64,000 nt of DNA from Chrysomallon squamiferum (Eukaryota; Animalia; Mollusca): NCBI GenBank assembly GCA_012295275.1, contig CM022672.1, forward strand, positions 15,376,001 through 15,440,000, in the 5' to 3' direction. Below are positions 36,901-51,707 of the stretch, piece by piece. The notes under the pieces were generated by a model. The model ran no database searches and was not told the DNA's origin. It saw nothing but the letters and a program-made list of their open reading frames with translations. The translations under genes were made by a program, and so were the position numbers. Positions within the stretch are counted from its first letter, which is position 1. Each line of letters begins with the position of its first letter.

Positions 36901-38153
36901 AGTATACTGGCTTATTCTGTTCGTTCCACGAGATTGAATATTATTGTTATATTTTGGATGTATAGGAATTGTCAAAAGTCACCTTCGCGTCTCAGTTAGT
37001 CCTACCAAAGTTGAATATAGGTTAAAATATAGCACTTAAACATAATATATACATATATTTGTGTTGTGGATGGATGGATGGTTGGATGTTTCATCTATAT
37101 ATCTGAATGGGTGTGTGTATGTATGCTTGTGTGTATATTTACATATTTATATACAAAGGTGGTGAGTATGTATGTATGTGCCTATGAATAATATATTTTT
37201 GCATGTCTGTGTATGTGCCTGTGTGTGAATCTACATTCTTATTAAAATATATTAAAATAAGTACATGCTGTGACTGCAGCTAACAAGTACACATCCTAGT
37301 AAGTTATGTTTATTTACGTACAGAGTGCTCGGGGTTTATCAGTTGATTTGGTTAAACTTTTGTGTTACCCATAATGCGGAACACAGTTTGTTCCACGGAA
37401 TTTCGCGCAAAAAGATTTTAGAAATAAAAGATGAGATGAGGATATTGTTCGGAGCAAGTAACCGTTGAACATTTAACTTAGATACAATTACATTTACGTT
37501 TCTTCTTGTTTTCTGCTTGAAATCTCGGTCGTCTGTGCTTTAAATTTATCGTAAATATTTAAAAAAAAAAAATAATAATTAATTAAAAAAATATAAAAAC
37601 ATTAATAATAAATGAGTAAACAATTTTTTAAAGAATTTTGTAATATAATCCATGCTTTCAAATTAATTATTATTTTTTTAGAACATTTATTTTTTTTTTT
37701 TTTTTTTTTTTTTTTACAGAAGAAAAAGTATTTTGATTATACCGAGAGGGGAACAGGGGTTTGTAAAGAAAAATATCCTTAATTACGAAAGAAGGTTGGG
37801 GGAGAAAAAAGCGGGACGCATGTTTTCATTGCTGAGATTAATCGAGTACTATTGCTGTTGTCGAAATAGTTTTGTTCGAAGGTCAGCGCATCCGTGCGGT
37901 TGCGATTCGTTCATTTCCGATAAAAACCAGACATCTCTTACCGAAAATTATCGATTGTATAAGAGACTATGCGACCAACCGCTGTCTGTTTTAGGCCACA
38001 GATGTTAGTATCGGCACTAAGAGTGATCAATAGTATTCACTTTACTATATTTTATTCTGCCAAGTACATCGTCTGCTACGGATATGTCATACACGTTGCT
38101 TTCAGAAACAAGACGACTCTGAATTGATGGGCTAACGTGACATGTTATTCGCC

Positions 38154-38246
38154 ATGAATTTCAGTTACCTGCGAATCTACAAAGTTAACTTACTAGTTCT
38201 GCTGCTGGTGTGTGGCGTTTTACTGCTGTGGCGTTTCGATGACAGG
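38154..38246 (+). CDS. GT92 exon 1 (TM signal anchor)
   Basis: gccATG, hydrophobic stretch, AGG|gtaagt. Confidence 0.75.
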
Positions 38247-40920
38247 GTAAGTAACAGTTTAATTATATTTGTTTTTTAAATTGTTTTTATTCTTTGTGGT
38301 TTCAGTTCTGTACGGATGTATTTGGGTAGCTTCGGGTGTAATTTTTGTTCACGCGACTGTAGGATGGGTCTAAATTCATTTTAAAGTTTGCTATAAATCT
38401 TTACATTGCACCCAAAATAAACTTCATACTGCCCATGCATAGATACAGTGATGTAGAAAAAGATCGGGAATGTCAGTTAATGTTTTTGTGTATGTCGGCG
38501 TGTGATATGGGTGTCAGTGAAGGTTCGTTTGTGTTCACTGCGTGAGAGAAAAAGGACTAGTTTCTAAATTCGTGCATTCCTATCACTAGTTTATCGCCAA
38601 CAGACGACTGAAAATGTGGACAACAAATACAGTAATAATGTATGCAGTAATTTACATACGCACTTCAAGTGCAGCTGTGATGGTTTAACACACATTACAA
38701 TATTTCTGTCACAGTTTTTATACATATGAGCTGTTTGTAATCAAACTTTGACCAGCGTGCTATAATATGATTATTTATGCTACAACAATCTATTTCACTT
38801 CTGATGAATTTTAATCTGAAATTCACGATTTTCTTGACCTTTAGTGAAACTAATAGGCACTGATCAGATGCTTATTTTTGTTCTTCCCCCAGGAATCAGA
38901 TGTATGCATGTGTGCAAGAGCAGAAATTTGTAATTGTGTATGGATGTCCACATAAATGTGATTATGTACAAGTATGTGCGTATGCGTGCGCATGGTTTTT
39001 TTTTGTGTGTGTGTTCATGTGATTGTCTACGTATCATTGTTTCTGTAGATGTGCGTTATGTGTGTGTGTGTTTGTCTGTTGTGTGTGTGTGTGTGTGTCT
39101 GTTGTGTCTGAATGTGTGTCTGAGCTTGTGGGCGTATATGTTTGTATAATGATAAAGAAATCGTTGTCATTTAATCACCTATATAAACAGTAATCTATAT
39201 TCTACTCGTACACGGAGATGCACACGTGCACCTACACACATTCGCACATAAATGCATACAAACAAGCAAACATAAATGTATTTATAAACATACTTCTTGA
39301 AATAAACTGAATTCATAATTTTTTTCTGATTAATCAGCCACAGCAATTAGAAACGACTTAACTATTTAAGTTAAACTTTAAATTTGCAGATCAGTGGTAA
39401 AATGTACGTTGGACCACAATATTACATGTCGCTGGATCTGTTCTCCAAAAGGGCCATTTCCAATTAAAGCCGCTGCTATAATTATATTTATTAAAGGACA
39501 TGTGTTTGTTTTTCTGTCTAGGAGGGTGGCGGTTTCACTTAAACTGGTAAAAACTGTCATGGGAGTACAGCGGGTTTCTTCTCTGTATATGATCATTATG
39601 CAACACTCTCACGCATGCACATACATACAGATGTAGATATCCTGTTCTAGGTTTGTCTCTAAGTTTTACTTCATGGTTTCCTGTACTTTTAACAGGAACA
39701 GTATATCCGTGAAATAATAACGTTATAGCCTACATATGTGAGGTATCAAGCGTAACTGAAAACAAGAATTACATGTCAAAATAAAACCAAACAGTTAACG
39801 AGGTCATTCAAAATACAAGCAGGGATAAGTAAGTGGTGAACAGACAACCGAACCATCTAACCAACAACAACAGTCGATGGACAAACGAAATAAACAGACC
39901 AGCAGACAACCAACCACAAAGTATGATATAACAAATCAAAACAAGCAAGAAGCTGAATCAAGCTGACAACAACCTAATGTAGAAATAAACAAATAAAAGA
40001 CAACAATCAAACCGGTCATTTCCGCAAAAGTTTCGCAAAAAAAGAACCTTTTTTCACACCCGATACTTGAAAAAAAAATCTGTGATAATTATACACAAGG
40101 TCGTGCTTTAACTTTAAAACATTACTGTGGGTTTGTTTTGACAAAAATTTTTTATTCAAATGGAAATGCTAGAATCGATATTTAAACCAGCATATAACTG
40201 TGAATAAGCACTAAGTTGACATTTTAAAAAGATTAAAATAAAAAGAATAAGTCTCATGTGATGTACAATACATATTCTATCTTCACTTAATTGATTTCAC
40301 GACCGCAGCCTTGGATGCGTAGCAATAGAAAAATCGACAGCTGCAGGTCACAGTTTGCACATAATTAGTGATATATCTCATTTAACCCGTTGAAACAATC
40401 CTTTGTCTTTTATTTTTATTATTATTACTGTGGGTTTGTTTTTTTAAATTATTTTTTATTCCAGTGGAAATGCTCGAATCGATATTTAAACCAGCATATA
40501 ACTGTGAATAAGCACTAAGTTGACATTTTAAACAGAAGATTAAAATATAAAAAAAAAATATACGATGTCAGTAAGAACAGTTTTAAATAGCTAATACCAA
40601 TAAGAAGAAAAACAACAATCGCCCTTTTCTTGTTGTTGTTGGGTTTTTTTTTTGTGTGTGTGTGTGTGTGTTGTTGTGTTGTTGCTTGTTCAGATGTGTC
40701 GGTCATGAAGGCTAAAGACGCTTTGAATTTTGACACAGCGATAAAAACGGACATGACGGTTCACTGGACACGCGATCTGTAACTGCAGGCAGGTTATCAA
40801 CCAAGAAATCACAATCCACGGCCTTTAGATGTATAAAAGTACATCTGATGATCATTTCAATAAATCTGACTGAAAAGGCGAAAGAAGAAAGCAACAAATA
40901 AAAATATAAATAAATAATAA

Positions 40921-40960
<40 letters not shown>

Positions 40961-42836
40961 AATAATAATTATAATAATAATAATCATAATCATAATAATG
41001 ATGATCATCATTGATGGAAATCGGTTTTAGTAACTAGGGGTAAAGTACTGTTTGTTATTGGTGGAAGATAAGTATTCATTTATCTATTACTATGCTAATT
41101 CGTCCCTGTCACACCAGTTTCTAATTTAAGACGATCGAATAAAGAGTTATTAATTCATTAAAGAACTACTTTGTTGTTTTTGGTAAGATAAAGTGTTGTT
41201 AATGGGAGTTGAGTAAAGTATGCAAAGATAATTATAGAAAAGATAATTTTGCCTACACTGGTACTTAAATTGAAGATAAACCGAAAATGAAAGGTAAGGA
41301 AAGTTCGTTCCCCTCATTTCCATCAGTGAACAAAATAAAAATTGATATCCATGTATAAAGTACCGAATATGTTCAAACCTGTACCCTGCTAATACGTTCA
41401 CGCAGATGCCCTAGTAAACTGTTCAGGAATATATCTTCTGTCTTATCTAAATGCAAACAATAGAATTATCTAGTTAATCATTGTAAAGCTTCAATAAATC
41501 ACCCTAAAACTATTATCTTCAGAAAACTGTCTCTTCTGTTTGTTCGCATTTATTAAAACATGGGATAATAAGCATAGTGATAAAAAAAAAGAAAAAAGAA
41601 ATGGTAAGCAGAACTTTCAGTAAACAATACACTAGTTTTAGTTTACTGAGTATTTTGCACTGAATTACCATATTGATGAAACGCTTTAAAACGTTGCCAT
41701 CAATATCATTTGAAAATAATCGTTACTTTTGGTTGATCGTAAGTTTTCGTACCGTTTTCTAATAAGCGCCGTATCGATAGATGGACAACGTTTTAAAATA
41801 ATTTCTAAAGACTGTCATTTCTATTTCTTATTCTTGTTTAATTATCTGTTAATAAATAATGAAGCTGCTGGAGGAGAGTACTGCAAACAAATCAAGCGAA
41901 ACCAAGCGAAGTAAACACCCTTTCAACTGTAATAGATATATGGATTTAAAATTTTACCACTACAGCGAAGGTAATAACAACAACAACAACAACAACAACA
42001 ATAATAAAGGCCGTAAGACTTACAGAAACAATGATAATTTAACAACCACAATAATTACTATAACAACAACAATGAAAATCGATGAAAAGTGAACTTTATA
42101 AAAGCTCTGCTGCAACTTCATCAACCATAATATAATCGAATGCACTTATTTAAATCGGATTTAGACGATTATACGTTCTTGGCAAAATGAACCAGTTTCT
42201 CGTTTTAAGAATATTTACATGATTAATTTAATGTTAAACAGAGCTTACGGGTATCTTCTGCCTGGATTGCCACAGTAAAATGATTCAGTGAAACCATCGA
42301 CAGCGCCAGTTTGAACATAGCAGTAAATATATAACTATGCTGTTTTTCTTGTCGTCATCATCATCATCATCATCATCATCATTATAATGATCACAGTTAT
42401 TATTTTCACATCTTCATAATCGTCATCACCATGACAATCATTTTCATTTCCATTGTCATCGTTTTTATCATTATCATCAACATCATCTTCTCCTTCATTG
42501 TCGTCATTATCTTTGCTGTAATTACGTCATCGTTACATTAAAGTCATCATCATCATTACATTAGTCATCATCATCATCATTTTCTTTATTATTCTTATCA
42601 CCTTTTTCGTCATCATTAACATTATTATAATCATTATCATCATTGTTATAATCATTATTTATTAATATCATCATAATTATCATCAGCATTATCGTGATCA
42701 CAATTATTATTTTTGTCATCATCTTCATACTATAATCATCATGTTTTTCGTCATCATTATTATTTTCATCATCATCATTATCATTATTAATATCATCATC
42801 ATCATTGTCATTATTTTAATCATCATCCTTATTGTG

Positions 42837-42867
<31 letters not shown>

Positions 42868-43987
42868 GAACTGTTTATTTCCTCACAGGTCCATGATACT
42901 GAAACAGTAAGAGTCTCCAAACTTGCTTCCTGGCGTTTAGTAAATCGTAACACGCCGCCTTCAAACAAAAGCACCGATGGGAAACCGCTTCAGTATTTCA
43001 AACAGGTCCGAGGCAGCGATGTCTTCTTTTTATCAGCTATTGCGAACACAGAAAGACCTTACAAAAGCCACACAAACGTCATCATTTCGGCGATGGACGG
43101 TGCCAACATCCCTCTGATGTGTTGTATAATTGTCGCTGGAGACAAACTGCTTACATCGCCGACTCGGCTCTTCTCAGAACATCATCACATAGATTTTTTG
43201 CCCGCAATTACGGAATACTTTGATCCAGCACATTTTATAGCGAAACAGTTCCTCTGCGATCTTCCTGGTGTTGTGCAAGTAAAGAATATTTCTCTGACGA
43301 CGTCGTCCACGTGCAGCGACGACGTTGGCGACTACATTCCTGTGATATATCCTGAAACCGTGTCGGGCGGACTGGCTATATGCGCCAAAACGGCGTTTGG
43401 TAAGGGACCCGACCCTGAACGTTTTATCGAGTGGGTTGAAATACAACGACTTCTGGGCGTCGACAAGATTTTACTGTTCGAAATAGACGTCCCAGAAAAA
43501 ATCCTAAACATTTTCCGCTATTACGAAAAGCAAGGAATACTGGATTTAGTGCGCTATGAGCTTCCTGGCAGAATCAAAGGTGGTTAAGCAAGAAAATTAC
43601 CAATAGTGATAGTGATAATAATAGTAGTAGTAGTAGCAGCTCAAGCACTAGCACTGGGAGTAGTAGCAGCAGCAGCAGAAGCAGCCTTGTTGTGGTAGTA
43701 ATAAATATAATGTGGTAGTGTTAAAGTGATAATAATAACAATACTATATTTCATACTGAGTAATATTTGTCGACTGATCTGAAGTCAGCCAAACGATATG
43801 CCCAAACCGATAATACATGTATGCACTAACGGTTCTCTTATAGTTAAATATCATGTTTGTCCAAGCATTACTGTTTCATTATGTCATTTTTCCATGCTCA
43901 ATGTGCTAAATCTTTGACTAAAAACAATTCGTTTGCTATACAAGTCATCCTTTATCTGTATATACGTATATTTAGATAGAATTTGAT

Positions 43988-44061
<74 letters not shown>

Positions 44062-44662
44062 TCTCTCAAAAGCCACGCCCTCATATGTTTGTTATTTACA
44101 ATGTCATAAATTATGCTTCGATGTGTTTTGATTTTTTCTTTCTTTGTTTCTTTTTCATCTTTATCTCGTTCTTTTTCATCTTTATCTCGTTCTTTTTCAT
44201 CTTTTTAAAGAAATACAAATGAATGGAAATGTCAATAAAAAAAATTGAGAATTGCATTTTTTAAGTATATGAAATATAACTACTGAGGTTTTTTAAAAGT
44301 GCAGGCTAACTGGTTTCTCTATCATCTTTCTCCCCTCTTTTCTGATAAAGCATTGGTAATATGAATAGAAGTTTTAGAAGATATTTCATACATTTATTTA
44401 ATATGCATATTAATACACACAGATAATCGCACTCATATATTTTTTTCTCCACATAATAAACACATAATTATAACATACAAATGTACTCGTTCTTTCTCTT
44501 TCTGTCTTTGTCTGTCTGTCTGTGTCTCTCTATCCTGTTCACTGTGTTTGCATATAGTATATATTTGTGTGTATGTTTTTGTATGTAACAGTGTCTGTTA
44601 TGCATTCTTGATGCACACTACTATTTAACCTATTATTACTGCTGATATAAAACAGTTATTAC

Positions 44663-44700
<38 letters not shown>

Positions 44701-45435
44701 GAGAGGGGGAGAGGGAGTGAGAGTGTGTGAGAGAGAGAAAGAGAGTGAGTGAGAGTGTGTGTAAGAGATTGAGAGAGAGAGAGAGAGATTGAGAGAGAGA
44801 GAGAGATTGATTACTGGTATACGAAACAGCTTTCATTAACAATACCCGTATATGAAACAGTAAAAATCTTTTCTGCCATCAATTAATGATTGCATTATTT
44901 CCTACTTTAAGCTTTATTCTAGATGAGCATGGAATAACTGAGGTAAACAGAGAGCTAACCCATACTTCATCACATGTGCACAGAACCAAAAGTTTCGGCC
45001 ATAATTAATGACTGCATTATTTTCTCTTTCACTGTTTTCTTTATCATTTATGGCCTAACAACAAGTTAGTAGACAGATGTAAATATTTAGAATTCTCTGA
45101 GTGTAGATTTTCATGGTTTGCGATTATCTGTTATCCTATACTACGGAGACTTCCGAAGTTAATGATTTTTACTATGAATTACTACTATTAATTGTTCGTT
45201 TATTTATATTAGTTAATAATACTATTTACTACAACCACTATTACTATTTCCGCTACTACTACTGCAGCTGCTGCTAATACTGCTACTGCCATTACTACTA
45301 CTACTGTTATTATTATTATTATTAGCATCGTCATTATCATTATTATCGCCATTATTATTATTACCATCATAATCATCATTATTCGTATTACTCTGCTACT
45401 AATTACAATTACTATTATTACTATTATTATTACTA

Positions 45436-45466
<31 letters not shown>

Positions 45467-45489
45467 TATTATTACTATTATTATTATTA

Positions 45490-45553
<64 letters not shown>

Positions 45554-45554
45554 A

Positions 45555-45601
<47 letters not shown>

Positions 45602-45634
45602 TACTATTACTATTATTATTATTATTACTATTAC

Positions 45635-45667
<33 letters not shown>

Positions 45668-45676
45668 TATTATTAC

Positions 45677-45758
<82 letters not shown>

Positions 45759-46011
45759 TCTGCAGGGATTCCAGGGCGGGGAATGGACATTGACAAACGT
45801 CTGTTTCCCCAGTTCTCACATGATGAGAATTTGCCGGTTTACGAGTGCAGGGAACGTTTGGCAGGATACACGTACGTCGCAGGTATAGATATGGACGAAG
45901 TGATTCTTCCGCGCAAAAATCAAAATCTCAAACAATTCATGCAGGTAGGATTTATTAATATTATTATTATTATTGTTATTTTTCAGTTGTTGCTGTCATT
46001 ATTACTATTAC

Positions 46012-46080
<69 letters not shown>

Positions 46081-47936
46081 TGATCATAATCATAATAAAA
46101 GCAATAACGATGGTGATGATAATGATGATGATGATTATATGATGCACTGTTTCAAAACATGAACAAAACATAAGAAATAGCAAAATAGCAACAGTTAATT
46201 CCTGGCCTAATATCTTGTCTCCTTTTCAGTGTTGTTAAAACTGATAACTAATACATTAATGTTTATGATGTTCAGGCTTATGTTCACATGGTTCATTTAT
46301 TCTTTATGTAAATAGCTATTTAAATTATGGCTTGCAACACTGCTATTGTATCAATGATGAGGATATTTGATTTTATGGAGAGAGCGAGAGAGCGAGAGAG
46401 AGAGAGAGCACAAACATGAACAATATTAGTAATTATAATATTAGTAGTAGTAATACAAATAAAACGGTGATGGCATCTATAACATGTATAACCAAGAAAC
46501 AAATATATATTAAACATAATAACAAATAAAAGGTATGTAAATTATCAACACGTTTTTATTCGTTAATGCTTTCTGTGCGGGGTGAACAAAATAACATTAA
46601 TTAGAATTGTATGGGAATGACTATGATAGCCTTTATTACAAGATATCATTGTTTAACTTTGATACGCTTCGCTATAGAAAATGAGTAAGTGATACTGAAA
46701 TATATTAAACATGTACGATAAGTAGTTGTTTTATTGCTTACAATATGCGAATGTAGATTGTTTTGCCATAGGAAATAGGAATGAATGAAACCGTTGGCTC
46801 TATATTATTTATTAGGGATGTGAATAAAATGGTTATATCTGCTTTATTCATGTAACACTAATTAAGCTTAAGTGGAAAAATGAAAGGATAAAATTGTTTA
46901 TCCTATATATATTAATTTTGCGATAAATTTCAAAAACATTTTTGATTATTTTAAATCTTATTCACAAATTTAGCTTATTAAAAAAAACAATGAAGTAATG
47001 AGAATATATATTTACATATAATTATATGGAACACATTTTAAATCTTTTTAGTTCTTGTTTTGTTTTGTTTGTTTTTTTTTTGTTTTTTTTTTTCTTATTA
47101 AATACCAATTTAATTTATATTAGAAAACAAATACGAAAGAATTAAACCGTTCGTTTTTGAGACACAATCTAAATATTCGCAGTAGTTTTATTGGTGATAT
47201 TAAAATGTTAATATATATTACAATTGCAAACACAAAAATTTTTAAAAAAATTTTAAAATGTATTTATTTCATATCTTAACACATAATCAGCTGTAAAATT
47301 CGGGTAGAGATGCGGAGGTGGTGTGATAAAAAGAACTGTTCACAGGGGTGAGCAGAACAATGAGTGTTGTGTAAACTGATATTTCATCTGTTCCACCCCA
47401 GTTCATTTGAGAAATGTGTCCTACTGTTAAGTAACAACAAAATATATTATATTTTGCAGTGGAAAGGGGTAAAAATAAATATACCTCAGACTTTGATAAG
47501 CATATTCATGCTGGAATGCCAGTTAGCCTAAACTGAACGTGAATGTGGACTGAGTCTGAAATTAACTAACGGTTTGAAGTCATCACTTGTAAAGCATTTC
47601 ATATACTATATCGACATAATAATGATTTGTCAAAACTGTACAAATAGTCCATTAGCCAGATTTTATGTTAAACCGATCAACTAGATCGTTATGTTCGTGT
47701 TTGGATGATCATATCTAGAAACTTTGACAATACTAAAAGCTGGAGCTTAATCAAAATTATCACTGTTTTCACGCACCACTGAATTTGTTTAACTTTACAT
47801 TGCCGAGTAATTAACTGATCTGGTATACGTACATTTTTATAGATGTCTGCATTGCTACATGAAAAATTCGTACAATATTTGACCTTAAAGTTTAGTTTTG
47901 GAATACAGAGACACAACTGACCGTTACAGATAAATT

Positions 47937-47967
<31 letters not shown>

Positions 47968-48716
47968 AGCACCCCTAGAATTCAGGAATGAAATCATAGC
48001 CTGTTGATAACGACATAATGAACTTTGGCAGAATGTTAAGCCGTATAACAATAATGTTGTAAATGCTCCTTTAACCAGAGATTGCATTAGACTTGGGATT
48101 CATTTTACCTAGATACACAAATTTTATTAAGGTTAAGGCGTAATCGTAAATCACGAAGATTGTTCTTTATTGCTTTGTTTCCACTACGCATTAACATTTT
48201 CGAGTCGACAGTAAACTCAGATGTTCAGGAAAGCAGAAAGTGGTGCTTGAAAGATAAAAAAGATAAAATGAAGTGTATTCAATATTTAGCAATTAAATAA
48301 ACACCCACAGTCCACAGATACCCGTCCATGTGTTAGGATGAATCCACTTAAGTTTTCAGAGGTGGGGTCACTACATACGAGGTTTAACATTTTCAAGATT
48401 ATAATTATATACATTGCTGGATTACATATATATAAAATTTTACAGGTGACGTAGGCATAAACTACGTTCGTGTATATTTATAGGTCCGGTTTCCCGATTA
48501 ATTATTCATTCGTCTGTGATTCACTGATCATAAAACGTCATTCTCATTGTTCATCCTGTAATATCTACAGTCCTGATGAATCCAAGTTTTATTTTACATG
48601 AATGTTTTTAGAAAATCGAATAAATTAACTTATTCAGTTTTATATCCAGTTGTAATCGAACAACTCCAGTAAGGGAAATAACTCTTTCCATACCGTGAAA
48701 AATATTTTCATTTTTA

Positions 48717-48771
<55 letters not shown>

Positions 48772-51707
48772 GTAGTTGTTGTTGGTGGTGGTAGTGGTGA
48801 TGAGGGGTGGGGGGTTTGCTGTGTTTTTTTTTGTCGTTTTTCTTTTGTTGGTTTTTTAAAATTATTTATTTATTTTTCGCTCGATTATAGAATTAAAAAA
48901 TATTAGGTCGGTATCTCAATATTTGTCTTTACTTTTTTTATCTGATAACTGACAAATGTCACAGTGTTCGTACAAACACCAGGCGATAAAATTTAAGGTT
49001 GTTAACAAGCTTTGTAAAAAAAAAAAAAAGAAGAAGAAAAAACAAACATTGAGCAAGGTTCACAGTTAGAAACACTTAACGATGTTGGAGAACAGTGTTT
49101 ATCTCACTCACTCTAGCTCTACACACTCCACCCTTTGTTTTTGTCAACTCGTTGATTTTGCTAGTAACACGTGCACGTTACTGCACGTCCACTCATCTCA
49201 GTTTACGTTTTAACACAAAACAGCTGCTAATAGACTGGTAATTCTGTCCACAGGACTCAATTATTGCTATTATCACTGACATGACCTGTCATAAACATGG
49301 CGTCGATCCTTTCTTCCTCCCAGGCAATCAGTTCTGTAACGTTAGGTGAATATTTTAGAAATCTATCAACTACGGCAGCGACTGGGTTGCAGTATTGTGT
49401 GTAGTGGTAGTCAAAGTTTTGTTGTTGTCGTTGTTGCAGTTATTATTATTATTGTTGTTGTTGTTATTGCCATCATCATCATCATTATATATTTTTTTTT
49501 ACAAAACAAAAATGTTTTCAAAGGTTTTCAACGTTTTGCGCAGCTATATAATTTTAACGTTAATTCAGCCGTATTCTAATTTCACGCAGTATAACAAAGT
49601 AGAGTATATTTTAAACAATACCGACTGTTGCATTTATCACACTTTTTAACTGCTTTTGGCTAGCATGTCAAAGTCTGATGATGCACAATATTATATAATT
49701 TGAAAACAGAAGTTTTTATATAAAGACCTTTAATGAACACTAGCATTTATATCTAAATATCTTATTTATATTTTTAATTATTTGTGAACCCGGACATTTG
49801 TAATTAAAAGCATTTAATATCTAAATAATTTAACAAACATTTACTTCCTAAAACATTAAACGTACATTAATATCTAAATACATTACAGTTAAATAAATCT
49901 AACGGGCATTATACTACGAGTGGCCAATTTAATATTTTTCACACACATTTAATTAATATTTATATCTAATCGTATCTGATGGACTTTCATGTCTAAAAAA
50001 AAAAATTCGTTAACTAATCATATTTATTATTTAAATGCATTTTCAGGATATTTATTTCCAAACACATTTAACGGACATTTTTGCGTAAATACATTTAACG
50101 GATATTTATATCTAGACACATTTGAAGAATATTTATATCTAATCATGTTTCATGGACATTTATGCGTATACACATTTAACGGATATTTATGGTAACACAT
50201 TTAACGGATATTTATAGTAACACATTTAACGGATATTTATAGTAACACATTTAACCGATATTTATAGTAATGCATTTAACGGATATTTATAGTAACACCT
50301 TTAATTAATGCTGTCATTTCAGGAACACCTGTCTAAATTCGAAGACGCCGCTGGCTTCATGTTTCACGTTCAGTTTCACCTGACGAGCTGGGGCAAACAC
50401 GAATCTCACAACGACATTTTTTTCTTGGAGTACCAGAGAAGTACGAAACCTCGCTGGGAATGCGAGAAATACATTTATCTGCCGCAACGAACCCATCTCA
50501 CACACACCCACTGGTTTGAACCAAAATCCGGCTATAACAGGTATGAGGGCCATATTTACACTTTATTATTGTTGTTGTTGTTGTTGTTGTTGTTATCTGA
50601 ATCATTATTATTAAGTGAAGGCATATTAACCCGGTTTGTTAGAGTTATCGCTATTAGAGTTATCGCTCTTATTACACCGGGTTACTTTAAAAACCAGAAA
50701 TCAATTTTTAAAGGAAAAAAAAAAAAATTTCACTCATTTAAGATAAATCTGTGATTAAACGTGAAATTTTCTCCTACATTAAAAGTAACGATAACCTTTA
50801 TAAAAAGAGTAAAAATAATCAGCAATACAATTTATGGACAATAAAACTGGAAATTGATTGCGTTAAATAATCAAATAGTTGCAAGAAATTCGTCGAGCGT
50901 ATAGTCACATTTAATTAATTTTTTTTTTGCTTTTATGCTTTAAAGAATAACAAAACAAAAACAAATAAAATAAACAAAATATTGTTAGTAAAGCATTTAA
51001 AATCCAAGCAGGTATAGTATTTAAAAATATAATAAGAATAAATAAATAAATAAATTAATAATAATAATAATAATAATAAAATAATAATAATAATAATTAA
51101 TTAATTAATTAATTAATTAAATAATAATAACAATAACAACAACAACAATAAAATAACAAATAAGTAAATAAGTAATAGAGGTATCATCATTGTGATTGCT
51201 GTAACTTCCAAAATGAAAATTTTTATTCCATTAAATGTGTACTGAATTATTAACTACTTATTATAATTTTTTTACGGAGTGAGTGCCGGACTAAGGCGCA
51301 GTCTTTAGTGACTGCTGAGTGAAGTTATTTCTTTATTTTCCATTTGAACATATTACTCGTGACGTCATAGTATCTGCGTCACCTATACAATCTTCATAAT
51401 AGATTGGTCTTATTTGCTAATCGGCTGACTGAATTTTACTCATTCATTTGTTCATTCGTCTGTTTATTTGTTTATTCATCTGCATGCATCCCCTTCGTAG
51501 ATTCCGTCTGTATTTATCTATTCTTATACGTAACATTTCAGCTACAAATTACCTCCGGATGTTGCAGTTATTCACCATTACAGACAGTGTCCGTTCGGCT
51601 GGAAGTCGTGTTTTCCAGAAATCATCATTGACAAAGAAATGATGAGAATTTCCAGCCTTCTCGAACAGAGAGTGGAAAAGGTCCGCAAAGACTTGGGTTG
51701 GAAATAG
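38154..51707 (+). CDS. Glycosyltransferase family 92 (DUF23; GALT-1-like) type II membrane protein, ~448 aa, 5 exons
   Basis: Exons 38154-38246 (MNFSYLRIYKVNLLVLLLVCGVLLLWRFDDR, signal anchor), 42889-43579, 45766-45944, 50323-50540, 51542-51707; phase-compatible, total 1347 nt. GT92-type motifs LAICAK..F......FIEWVEIQRLLGVDKILLF, DxD in YVAGIDMDEVILP, KYIYLP, IHHYR. Alternative in-frame ATG at 38142; exon 2 donor could be 43582. Confidence 0.88.
40121..40546. repeat. Pair of ~120-bp direct repeats (40121-40240 and 40424-40546)
   Basis: Shared ATTACTGTGGGTTTGTTTT...GAATCGATATTTAAACCAGCATATAACTGTGAATAAGCACTAAGTTGACATTTTAAA. Confidence 0.85.
42352..42863. repeat. Degenerate (ATC/ATT)n microsatellite
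   Basis: Trinucleotide-periodic tract ending just before the GT92 exon 2 acceptor. Confidence 0.9.
42889..43579 (+). CDS. GT92 exon 2
   Basis: cacag acceptor; open frame includes ORF 43093-43587. Confidence 0.9.
43989..44059. repeat. (CT)n microsatellite
   Basis: Pure dinucleotide run. Confidence 0.95.
45225..45757. repeat. (ATT/ACT)n microsatellite
   Basis: Long trinucleotide tract abutting the GT92 exon 3 acceptor. Confidence 0.95.
45766..45944 (+). CDS. GT92 exon 3 (DxD motif)
   Basis: tgcag|...YECRERLAGYTYVAGIDMDEVILP...MQ|gtagga. Confidence 0.9.
49740..50300. repeat. Degenerate ~30-bp repeat resolving into a 25-bp tandem (ACACATTTAACGGATATTTATAGTA) x5
   Basis: Visible tandem units immediately upstream of GT92 exon 4. 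Confidence 0.8.
50323..50540 (+). CDS. GT92 exon 4
   Basis: ttcag|EHLSKFEDAAGF...KYIYLP...GYN|gtatga. Confidence 0.9.
51542..51707 (+). CDS. GT92 terminal exon (HHYR motif)
   Basis: ttcag|YKLPPDVAVIHHYRQCPFGWKSC...DLGWK*. Confidence 0.9.

Noticed and set aside
40694-40830. Possible extra GT92 stem exon after a CAG acceptor
   Set aside because: Stop codon in the required phase 0; exons 1 and 2 already join in frame
45209-45796. Poly-Ile/Val ORF and similar low-complexity ORFs (14723-15019, 14743-15192, 18961-19380, 22045-22362, 43884-44222, 62200-62415)
   Set aside because: Translations of microsatellites that lack stop codons
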